DNA of 64,000 nt from Deltaproteobacteria bacterium (lineage in GTDB: Bacteria > Myxococcota_A > Polyangia > HGW-17 > SLPX01). The stretch's first letter is position 1. Every line of letters begins with the position of its first letter. The translations under genes were made by a program, and so were the position numbers. The notes beneath the pieces are model-generated. The model worked only from the letters and a program-made list of their open reading frames with translations, searched no databases and was not told where the DNA came from. This document shows positions 34,207 to 42,265 of this stretch, piece after piece. Location of the stretch: NCBI GenBank assembly GCA_021162935.1, contig JAGGXR010000131.1, positions 514 to 64,513 of the forward strand, written 5' to 3'.

Positions 34207-35925
34207 CTACCGGGAGGGAAAACGGCAGGCGACCAAATCCACCTTCGGGTACAGGCTCCTGCCGGAGCTGTTCTTCAAGATGGAGACAAGTAACCTGACC
34301 ATGTCTCGATAGGTCAGACTCCCTCGCACGGCCAGGGAAACGTGATCCACTTTCTTATAGGCCCGCCTCGTACGCTCCAGCCGTTCGCGAAGCCCAGCCA
34401 AATCCGTTGTGGGCCCCAGGTAGGGATCGCTGGACAGGGGCCCCACGTCGGCCCGGACACGCACCTGATCGTGATTCGCCCACAAGACGATGCCTGGACC
34501 GGGCCAACGACCCCAAGAGTGCCATTCGGGACATGAGACGAGCCCCACGGTGAGGCCGCCGAGCTTCCCCTCGCGGTTTCTGACGATGAGACGAACCGAA
34601 GAGATCTGAGCAGCAACGAGCACACCGAGCAGCCTGGTCAACCGATCGGCGGTGGTTCGACCATCGATATAGACGCCAAAGGACGTCGCTGAGTTCGTGC
34701 CGACAAGGCGAGACCAACCACTGCGGGCCCAGTCCAACACCGTGGGCAATGAATCGGCCACCGGCTCGGACAGCAATCTCCCGGGAAAACTATACCCTTC
34801 CACCTGGCCCAAAATTTCGGTGCGCTTCGCTCTCACCCGCAGCACCGGCTGGATCCCCACCGATGCGTCGGTGGGCCCAATCGACAGACACAGGGGCGCC
34901 CAAGGCGGCTCTTCGGCAGCGGAACAAAACGGCAGCCTCCGATACCCGACCTGGCCAGGAGCCAACTCTGGAATGGGCAGCGGCACCATGAGCTTCTCGA
35001 CACCCTGCAGGATCTTATGGACATCCGGCCTGATGGCTACCGCAAGTGGATGCGTTTCGGTGGCCAACGAAGACAGCACCCTGTCGATGAAGAGCAGATT
35101 TCGCCCCGCCGTCTGACTTTCCTGGGAGAGGTACTCGGTTTGGGACCGAACGGTGCACCCGAGGTGCTCGAGTGGGCAGTGGAGTGCAATGAGTCGCTTG
35201 CGAAGGGAGGGAGCAACCGAAACGAGTTGCCGCCTCATCTCCCGACAGGCCAAGGTGCAGCCAGGCACGAATCGGCCCTCGCCCTTGTCTTCCATCGGGC
35301 AGTCGAATCCGACCAATCGGCCCAACATGCGCCACATCCTCCGAGGCACTGTGGCCACGATGAACGGAAGGGCGGCGCGCACGGCGCCGGCCACCATGAC
35401 CTGTGCCTCCACCGAAAGGGGCTGACCATCCGTCGCCAATTCCCCGACTCCACGCAGAAAGGCAGCATCCCATTGGGCCGACCGATCGAGTTGGAGTGCG
35501 ATCAACCTGCGGGCCTGGCCGGCACGCCACCGGATCTCGCCGTCTGACGAAGCACTCGTCATGGGCGCTATCAGACCGCCCAGGGACTCCAGGAGTCGAA
35601 CGCCGCAGGCCGGATCGTCCATGTCCAAACAGCTCAACCCGAGATGCCGAGCCAACGCAGCCAGGGAGGTGGCATCCTTCCGAAAAGCGGCGAGCAGATA
35701 CCAATCAAGAGTGGCTCTGGCGCATTCCCACCGCACGTGCACATCCATGCTGGCCATTCGGCGGACAGGACAGTGCTTGGTCATTGCGGCCGCGCTGTGC
35801 CCCGAAAAATCATAGGGGGCCAAACTCCGACGAATCGAGGACGCGTCGACCGAACGCCTGCCCGATCGGCACCCCGGCCAGATCGAAGCCTGTATCAGCA
35901 AGAATGTCACAAGCCACTTCACCAT
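34207..35925 (-). CDS. Hypothetical lipoprotein with two C-terminal ExbD/TolR-like periplasmic modules
   Basis: WPGC lipobox; VYIDGRTTADRLTRLLGVLVAAQISSVRL and VSLAVRGSLTYRDMVRLL...LYPKVDL. Confidence 0.6.
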   Translation of the reverse strand: MVKWLVTFLLIQASIWPGCRSGRRSVDASSIRRSLAPYDFSGHSAAAMTKHCPVRRMASMDVHVRWECARATLDWYLLAAFRKDATSLAALARHLGLSCLDMDDPACGVRLLESLGGLIAPMTSASSDGEIRWRAGQARRLIALQLDRSAQWDAAFLRGVGELATDGQPLSVEAQVMVAGAVRAALPFIVATVPRRMWRMLGRLVGFDCPMEDKGEGRFVPGCTLACREMRRQLVSVAPSLRKRLIALHCPLEHLGCTVRSQTEYLSQESQTAGRNLLFIDRVLSSLATETHPLAVAIRPDVHKILQGVEKLMVPLPIPELAPGQVGYRRLPFCSAAEEPPWAPLCLSIGPTDASVGIQPVLRVRAKRTEILGQVEGYSFPGRLLSEPVADSLPTVLDWARSGWSRLVGTNSATSFGVYIDGRTTADRLTRLLGVLVAAQISSVRLIVRNREGKLGGLTVGLVSCPEWHSWGRWPGPGIVLWANHDQVRVRADVGPLSSDPYLGPTTDLAGLRERLERTRRAYKKVDHVSLAVRGSLTYRDMVRLLVSILKNSSGRSLYPKVDLVACRFPSR

Positions 35926-35998
35926 GACCGAGAACGCTAGCAGGGAAGCGAGCCAAGGACAAGAGCCCGGGCCGACCCCCCCATGATCAGGGAGAAAT

Positions 35999-36045
35999 GA
36001 AAAAACGAAGCAATGAATCAGGCGGGGGAGAAAAAACGAAGCAAT
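35999..36045. repeat. 16-bp direct repeat just downstream of the repeat-lipoprotein gene
   Basis: GAAAAAACGAAGCAAT at 35999-36014 and 36030-36045. Confidence 0.7.
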
Positions 36046-36055
36046 CCGCTAGCCA

Positions 36056-37267
36056 CTAGCGATGCCTCCGCACGCAGCGTCGTCCACGCCGCACATACCC
36101 TCTCGGGCAACGACCGGCTCGATGCACCACCACGCAACGACCGTGCACGAGTCGCCGTCCGGCAGGACAACGTCGTACGGCATGCTTGACACGAAGCGGG
36201 ACACAGCGATTACCGACCCGCTTCGTGTTGGCGGGGCAGGCGTGCCTGACCGGCACACAGCGGTTGCCGACCCGCTTGGTCCTCGGAGGACAGGCCCGAC
36301 GGACGCGAACACAACGACCGGCGACGCGATGCGTCCCAGCAGGGCAACGACGCGCCACGTTCCGCACGCAGGCCCGACCCACTCGGTGCGTCCCAGCAGG
36401 GCAACGACGCGCCACGTTCCGCACGCAGGCCCGACCCACTCGGTGCGTCCCAAGAGGACAGCGACGGGCCACGTTCCGCACGCAGGCGCGACCCACTCGA
36501 TGCGTCCCAACAGGACAGCGACGGGCCACGTTCCGCACGCAGGCGCGACCCACTCGATGCGTCCCAAGAGGACAGCGACGGGCCACGCTTCCCATGACCC
36601 GCCCGGACACTCCGTGGCAGGACCAACGACCGGACACCCAGCGCCAACCGTGACCGGTGCGAGACCAACGACCAACCGTCCAACCGCAGCCCACGCGACC
36701 CGTCGGATACCGCTTGCAGCCGCCTGCCAGCCACACGTACCGGCGACCATTCCACTGCCACCGACCCGTTTTCCAGTAGGAACCGCCAGGACAGGATCGA
36801 CGCACCTCGACCCGCGGCCGAGGGGGAGTCATGGACACGACGATACCAGGCGTTCCGACGGCGACGGTCGTGGCCGGTACAGGGCGACGCACCACGACGA
36901 CAGGCCGCCGCACGTTGCAACGCCATCGGCCCGAGGTCCAGCGCCAACCGTGACCAGTGCGCGTCCAACGACCAGCCACCCAGCCGCAGCCCACGCGACC
37001 CGTCGGATACCGCTTGCAGCCGCCGCGAAGCCAGACATACCGGCGACCGTTCCATTGCCATCGACCCGTTTTCCAATACGAGCCACCGGGGCAGGCTCGA
37101 CGCACCTCGACCCGCGCTGCCGGAGGTCGCATCCGCACGACCAGAGGAGTCGCTCGAATGCTCAGATGAGCAGGACGCGCGGAGACCGTGCATCCTGATA
37201 AAACGGAGAATCCGCTCATCAGCAGGGCTGCAAGCCCCGCGAATATCAACCTGGAGACTAATTTCAT
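36056..37267 (-). CDS. Arg/Cys-rich lipoprotein with 2 WxxGxW modules and ~9 CPxG-type repeats
   Basis: LSGC lipobox; CPGGSYWKTGRWQWNGRRYVWL x2; CPxGTHRVGRACVRNVARR x4 plus variants. Confidence 0.75.
   Translation of the reverse strand: MKLVSRLIFAGLAALLMSGFSVLSGCTVSARPAHLSIRATPLVVRMRPPAARVEVRRACPGGSYWKTGRWQWNGRRYVWLRGGCKRYPTGRVGCGWVAGRWTRTGHGWRWTSGRWRCNVRRPVVVVRRPVPATTVAVGTPGIVVSMTPPRPRVEVRRSCPGGSYWKTGRWQWNGRRYVWLAGGCKRYPTGRVGCGWTVGRWSRTGHGWRWVSGRWSCHGVSGRVMGSVARRCPLGTHRVGRACVRNVARRCPVGTHRVGRACVRNVARRCPLGTHRVGRACVRNVARRCPAGTHRVGRACVRNVARRCPAGTHRVAGRCVRVRRACPPRTKRVGNRCVPVRHACPANTKRVGNRCVPLRVKHAVRRCPAGRRLVHGRCVVVHRAGRCPRGYVRRGRRCVRRHR
36327..36590. repeat. 57-bp coding tandem repeat (~4.5 copies)
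   Basis: Period 57, e.g. TCCGCACGCAGGC at 36361 and 36418. Confidence 0.9.
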
Positions 37268-37339
37268 CGTCCATCCTTCCTTTCTTGTGTTTGCGCTGCC
37301 GCTCATCAATGGAACGGATTTCTCGTCCGTACCAGTTTT

Positions 37340-37717
37340 CTAGCGACGGCACCTCCAACGTCCCGGATACCAGCGCCAACCGCCTCCCGAGGCGACCCAA
37401 CGACCGCGAACCCAGAAACAACCGCGATACCGAGTCGGATACCTTTTGCAGCCACCGCGAAGCCAGACATACCTGCGACCGTTCCATTGCCATCGACCCG
37501 TTTTCCAATACGAGCCACCGGGACAGGCTCGACGCACCTCGACCCGCGCTGCCGGAGGTCGCACTCGAACATGGACCCTCGGCACACGAACCCTGACCAC
37601 CGGAGCCCGCACGCGCAACCTCGGCCCTCTCACCCGAACGGCACAACCCGCCACGCTCAAAGACAGCAGCAGGAGTCCTGCCAAAGCAAGGAGCACAATC
37701 CCTTTCTTCGTTTTCAT
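37340..37717 (-). CDS. Small WxxGxW (YXWGXW)-repeat lipoprotein, paralog of the downstream gene
   Basis: VAGC lipobox; PPAARVEV, WKTGRWQW, WVRGRW, WYPGRW. Confidence 0.8.
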   Translation of the reverse strand: MKTKKGIVLLALAGLLLLSLSVAGCAVRVRGPRLRVRAPVVRVRVPRVHVRVRPPAARVEVRRACPGGSYWKTGRWQWNGRRYVWLRGGCKRYPTRYRGCFWVRGRWVASGGGWRWYPGRWRCRR

Positions 37718-37936
37718 GGTCACTCACCCCTTCTGTTGAGAGTTGTTCCACGCCAGTCGCCCATCAGGCATCTTTTCTGGCCTTCAGAATATATACGCTA
37801 GAGTCGCTTCCTTCTTCAACTAAAAGTTATTCACAAAAAAAAAGAGCCAGAGCCCCAGGTAATTGGACCACAAACAGGACACTTGCCCTTTTCTGCGATC
37901 TGAGCAAATCTCGGGAAAATAAGAAGTACGTATCTC

Positions 37937-39934
37937 ATGCCGAACAAATCCGACATACAGCCCGCCTTGCCCGAAAGCCCGGTACCGGACAAGTACAACC
38001 TCAAACGCATCGTGACCAGAGATGGACACTCTGTGCTCTACGAAGCGGTCAATCGAGGCACGAAACGGACCGTCCTGTTGCGCACTTGGCAGGATCATCC
38101 TTCACAAGACGCAAACAACCTGGCTCAATTGGTGCGCGCGGTAGTCGCGGCCAAAAGTGAACACCTCGTTCAGATCCTCGACATGGAACTACCGTCTGAT
38201 CCCGACGCAGCCCCGGTGCTCGTGTTGGAACGGGTCAAGGGAGATCCCCTGGCTGACCAAATCAAAAAAGAGCCCCTGCCCGTGGGACGCGCCTGTCGAG
38301 TCACCTTCGAACTCGCCGAGGTCTGCCGACTATGCCACGATTGGGGCATCATTCCTCTAGGTCCCACGGTTGAAACAGTGTTCCTCGCCAACTTTTCCGG
38401 CCGCAGGCACTTTCTCAAAGTCCTGGCCCCAAATGGCATGGCTCGATCGCCTGACGAGGATGCGCGCAGCGAAGACGCCGTGGCCTGTGCCAACATCCTT
38501 TGGAAAAGTCTGACCGGTGACGAACCAGCCCAAGATCTCACGCTGGAACAGGCGGCCGAAGGTCTCCAACACATCGAAGGAATCCAGGGTCAGGCCCTAT
38601 TCGCCCTCGCCGACGTGATATCGAAAGGCCTCGCTGGAACATGGAGCGTGACGGACCTGGCCGAAGGCCTCCAGGCAACCGGCCTCATCGAGGCGCCTTC
38701 GGTCGAAGAAAGCATCTCATTCGAATCCCTACCGGAACGACTGGCCGCGCATGCTCAGGCCACCGCACCCGAAATTGCAAAGCAACCGAAGGACGAAGGC
38801 GTCCTTCCGGCGCACGCCAAGCATCCAGGAAAGCTGGCCGTCCGACTCACCGCCGCAGCGTTCCTCGGATTTGCCCTGGGCGTTGCCACCACGATGGCCG
38901 CCCAACGCATCTGGATGAGCCGAGGGGCACGCTCGCAACCTCCCAAAGCAGCCGTCTCAAAAACAACGGCACCGGTGACTTCGAATCCACAACAGCGACC
39001 GGCAAAGCACGTGGTCGTGCCCTCCCATGCCTTGAAATTCGCCATCGGGTACTACAGCCCAAGCGCACTGGTCCGCAAGGAAATGGTCCACCTAACGAAA
39101 TATCTCAGCCAAAAACTCCACCGACCGGTGGTCATCGTGGAAGCCTCTGCCAGCCGAGTTGCACAGGGCCTCGAAGAAGGGACGCTACAAATAGCCGTTT
39201 TTTCACCGTACCTCTATGTCCTGAATCGAGCAAAACATCCGGATATTCGTTTGATTGCGAGCCACCTGGCCGATGGCTCCCTGTCGTACGAAGGCTACCT
39301 GGTCGTCCGGGACGAAAGTCCTATCCGCACACTTGAACAGACCAAGGGCAAACGCATCTGCTTCGTGTCACCACGATCCACCTCAGGGTACCTGTTTCCG
39401 GCGGCCCTGCTCATGACCCATGGCATCATTCCCCACAAAGACTTCTCCATGGTCCGCTACTCGGGCAGCCATCGGGCCGTGATCGACGACCTCATGGCCC
39501 ATCGGTGCGACGTGGGAGCCGTGGGATCGCCCGGATACTACAACGCCATCAAGCGTGCGCATTTCACCCTGCGCATCGTCGCGGTGACCGATCGAATTCC
39601 CGGCGACGCCTACTGCATCAGTCCAAAACTGTCGTCCTCCCTGGCAAGCGCCATCAAGCAGGCCTTCATCCAGTTTTCCCCTCGGAAGGACCTCCACCGC
39701 AAGTACCTTCCCGGGCTCCATCGCATTACAGGATTTCGGATCGTCACCGACGCTCACTATGACCCCATCAGGAAGGTGCAGCGCATCGTATACAAAAACC
39801 TCCCCGGCCAGGAAGGAACCCAGGTCCCTTCGACGACAACCAAACCTCGCCCCCACCACAACGACCGACCGAGAGGCGCCCGTCATGGTCGACGGATCCG
39901 CAGGCCTACGCCACGACGTCACGCGCACGACTGA
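37937..39934 (+). CDS. Pseudokinase + TM + PhnD-like (phosphate/phosphonate) substrate-binding domain
   Basis: Degenerate kinase N-term (SVLYEA, HLVQILD, LVLERVKGDPL); TM; SPRSTSGYLFP, YSGSH, DVGAV, IPGDAY. Confidence 0.75.
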   Translation: MPNKSDIQPALPESPVPDKYNLKRIVTRDGHSVLYEAVNRGTKRTVLLRTWQDHPSQDANNLAQLVRAVVAAKSEHLVQILDMELPSDPDAAPVLVLERVKGDPLADQIKKEPLPVGRACRVTFELAEVCRLCHDWGIIPLGPTVETVFLANFSGRRHFLKVLAPNGMARSPDEDARSEDAVACANILWKSLTGDEPAQDLTLEQAAEGLQHIEGIQGQALFALADVISKGLAGTWSVTDLAEGLQATGLIEAPSVEESISFESLPERLAAHAQATAPEIAKQPKDEGVLPAHAKHPGKLAVRLTAAAFLGFALGVATTMAAQRIWMSRGARSQPPKAAVSKTTAPVTSNPQQRPAKHVVVPSHALKFAIGYYSPSALVRKEMVHLTKYLSQKLHRPVVIVEASASRVAQGLEEGTLQIAVFSPYLYVLNRAKHPDIRLIASHLADGSLSYEGYLVVRDESPIRTLEQTKGKRICFVSPRSTSGYLFPAALLMTHGIIPHKDFSMVRYSGSHRAVIDDLMAHRCDVGAVGSPGYYNAIKRAHFTLRIVAVTDRIPGDAYCISPKLSSSLASAIKQAFIQFSPRKDLHRKYLPGLHRITGFRIVTDAHYDPIRKVQRIVYKNLPGQEGTQVPSTTTKPRPHHNDRPRGARHGRRIRRPTPRRHAHD

Positions 39935-39955
39935 CCATTCCCCCCGACGAATCGC

Positions 39956-41173
39956 TCAGACCCCGTCCACTGCGAACTGCTGCTCGATTTCGTGGTAATA
40001 GTTGATGATCTGGCGCACGTACTGCCGTTTTTGCAAGTAGGTGCCAGGATAGAAACTCCGCTTGAATCCGTAAATGATGCTGTTCTTCACGTCCTTGGAC
40101 GACAGCCCCAAAGAGTCGATGGCCTTCCGCAATTCGCCTGTCACCGTCGTGTTCGAGATGGTGCGGTTGTCCGTACAAAACGTGGTGGAAAGACGCGCTC
40201 CAGCCATCTTTGAATAGCTGTGCTGGGACAGGTCGGTCAAATCGGGATGCGTCTGGAGATTCGATGTGAGACAGATCTCCAGGGTGATGCGACGATCCGC
40301 AATGAACTGCGCAAGATCCGCCACGAATCCTTCTCGATCCTCGATCGCCGGATCCTGGATCATGTCCGGGTCGAACAGGTGCGTTCCATGCCCGATCCGG
40401 TCTGCGTACAGGTCTGTAATGGCCTGAAAGATACTTTCAGGCCCAAACGCCTCACCGGCATGCACGGTTTTCTTCAGGAAGTGTTTGTGCGCGTATGCAA
40501 AGGCCTCTCGATGGTCCACCGCCGGATATCCGGCCTCCTGGCCGGCGAGATCGAACCCGACGATGGGTAAATGGCTCTCGTCACGAACCTGCACCGCTGC
40601 CCGCGCCAACTCGAGGGATGCCAAGGCGTAGACCGCCTTGGAATCGGAATGTTTGTGTACTTCGAGCATCTGGTCGTAGTACTCCGAAGCCCCCTTGGGA
40701 AACATGCGCAGAGCACAAACCAAGATCCCGTACGCAAAGGGAGGTTCCGCTCCGCTCCGAACCACTTCCTTGGCATTGAACTCATCACGAGCTCGAGACA
40801 GACCGTTGTTCACGGCTTTGAGCACATGTTCGCAGGAGAGGTGCTGATGCACGTGGAGTTGCGGCGCAAACCGGACCTCCATGTACCGCACTCCTTCGTC
40901 CTGGTTGTCCCGAGCCAACTCGTATGCAACCCGAGACAGGGCGGATTCGGTCTGGAGCACGGCCGTCATGTACTTGAACCCGACGAGATACTCGCCCAGA
41001 TCCTTGTAACTGTCCTTGAACACCTTCTCCCGAAGCCCGGACTCCGTACCCGCCGGGAGGTCCACGTGGTATTCGTGGGCCAACTCCAACAAGGTGGCCA
41101 CCCTGATGGAACCATCCAAATGAAGGTGCAGATCGGTCTTTGGAAGATGAAGCAAAAATTCGTCTGTAATCAC
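39956..41173 (-). CDS. Adenosine deaminase family protein
   Basis: PKTDLHLHLDGS, YMEVRFAP, GFDLAG.E, HAGE, RIGHG, EICLTSN, TDN. Confidence 0.9.
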   Translation of the reverse strand: MITDEFLLHLPKTDLHLHLDGSIRVATLLELAHEYHVDLPAGTESGLREKVFKDSYKDLGEYLVGFKYMTAVLQTESALSRVAYELARDNQDEGVRYMEVRFAPQLHVHQHLSCEHVLKAVNNGLSRARDEFNAKEVVRSGAEPPFAYGILVCALRMFPKGASEYYDQMLEVHKHSDSKAVYALASLELARAAVQVRDESHLPIVGFDLAGQEAGYPAVDHREAFAYAHKHFLKKTVHAGEAFGPESIFQAITDLYADRIGHGTHLFDPDMIQDPAIEDREGFVADLAQFIADRRITLEICLTSNLQTHPDLTDLSQHSYSKMAGARLSTTFCTDNRTISNTTVTGELRKAIDSLGLSSKDVKNSIIYGFKRSFYPGTYLQKRQYVRQIINYYHEIEQQFAVDGV

Positions 41174-42189
41174 TACTGTACTCCTTGGTCAGAAAGGGCC
41201 AAACCCGCATCTGAAGCTGGCCGCCCCTCCTTGCTCACGACGCCACCAAGAACTCCCACCGAAAGCCCCTGCTGACGCACTAATTTCACCGTTTGGTTCT
41301 GCTCGGCCAGTTGCAGCGAATCCCGATCGAACCCGATCACCACACTTCCCCCCACCAGTTTCAAATTGCGCCGCTCACAGAGACTCGTCCGAGCCTTTGG
41401 ATGACCAAAGGTCACCAACAGCCGCCCCTTGCTGACGGATCCGGCAAAGCCCCAGCGGGCCATCCGCACGATTTCGAGACGCTGATTGCATCGATACCGC
41501 TGCTGATCGTTCGAAATACGGATATCCATGCGATCGCGGACACCCCGAACTTTGTCCCCCTTCTGGAGGATCCGCCATCGCTCCTGGACACGCACCGTGT
41601 CTCCGTTGGCCAGTGTCTTGTCCGACAGGCCGTACCAAAGACCCGTCAAATTCCGCCGGTGCAGCACCTCGTGTCCGCTACTCCAGGACAGAACGAGGCG
41701 TCCACCGACCATCTTGCCCTTGTAGCGATCCAACCGCCGCTGGCCGCTGTCACACGGGGACGGAACGACCTTGACAGACTGCTCCACCACGACGAGATGT
41801 CCTTCGTGGACGGTCCCGGACACCTGATACACTGCCTCCTGCCGGTAGGACACCAGACCGTTGCACTTGAACACCTTCCTGCCGGAAGCAATCACGGTCA
41901 CCTGACGACGATACCGCCCCGTCACCTTGCTTCCATCGACAGTGAGCAGCCAGGCCTCTTCTTCGTAACGATGGTCGCCGTCCTTGGTCCGAAACGAAGC
42001 GTCCCAATCCCATACTCCCTTGACGGATGAGGGTACGGACTCGACGGCAACGTCAGCCGCCGAAGCAGCCGGGCGGACGGGCCCACCTGGCCGACATGCT
42101 GCAACCAACACAACGCAGACCGCCAACACCCACCACGCAAAGGGCCTCGCATTGAACCAGGACCCTGTCTGCATACGCAAATGCTTCAC
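41173..42189 (-). CDS. Hypothetical lipoprotein with two internally duplicated beta-barrel-like domains (start uncertain)
   Basis: VAAC lipobox; G.W...GD....E.W.....G.KV.G...(F/Y).CN occurs twice. Confidence 0.65.
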   Translation of the reverse strand: MKHLRMQTGSWFNARPFAWWVLAVCVVLVAACRPGGPVRPAASAADVAVESVPSSVKGVWDWDASFRTKDGDHRYEEEAWLLTVDGSKVTGRYRRQVTVIASGRKVFKCNGLVSYRQEAVYQVSGTVHEGHLVVVEQSVKVVPSPCDSGQRRLDRYKGKMVGGRLVLSWSSGHEVLHRRNLTGLWYGLSDKTLANGDTVRVQERWRILQKGDKVRGVRDRMDIRISNDQQRYRCNQRLEIVRMARWGFAGSVSKGRLLVTFGHPKARTSLCERRNLKLVGGSVVIGFDRDSLQLAEQNQTVKLVRQQGLSVGVLGGVVSKEGRPASDAGLALSDQGVQ

Positions 42190-42265
42190 CACGCTCCTCC
42201 CGAGCAGCAGGCGCCGCCCCAACCGTCCACATCCCATGTGTCCATTCGGTGGAGTGCCCATCGAA

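Noticed and set aside
36327-37563. Repeats as a diversity-generating retroelement TR/VR pair
   Set aside because: No reverse transcriptase in the window; differences between copies look mostly synonymous rather than adenine-specific.
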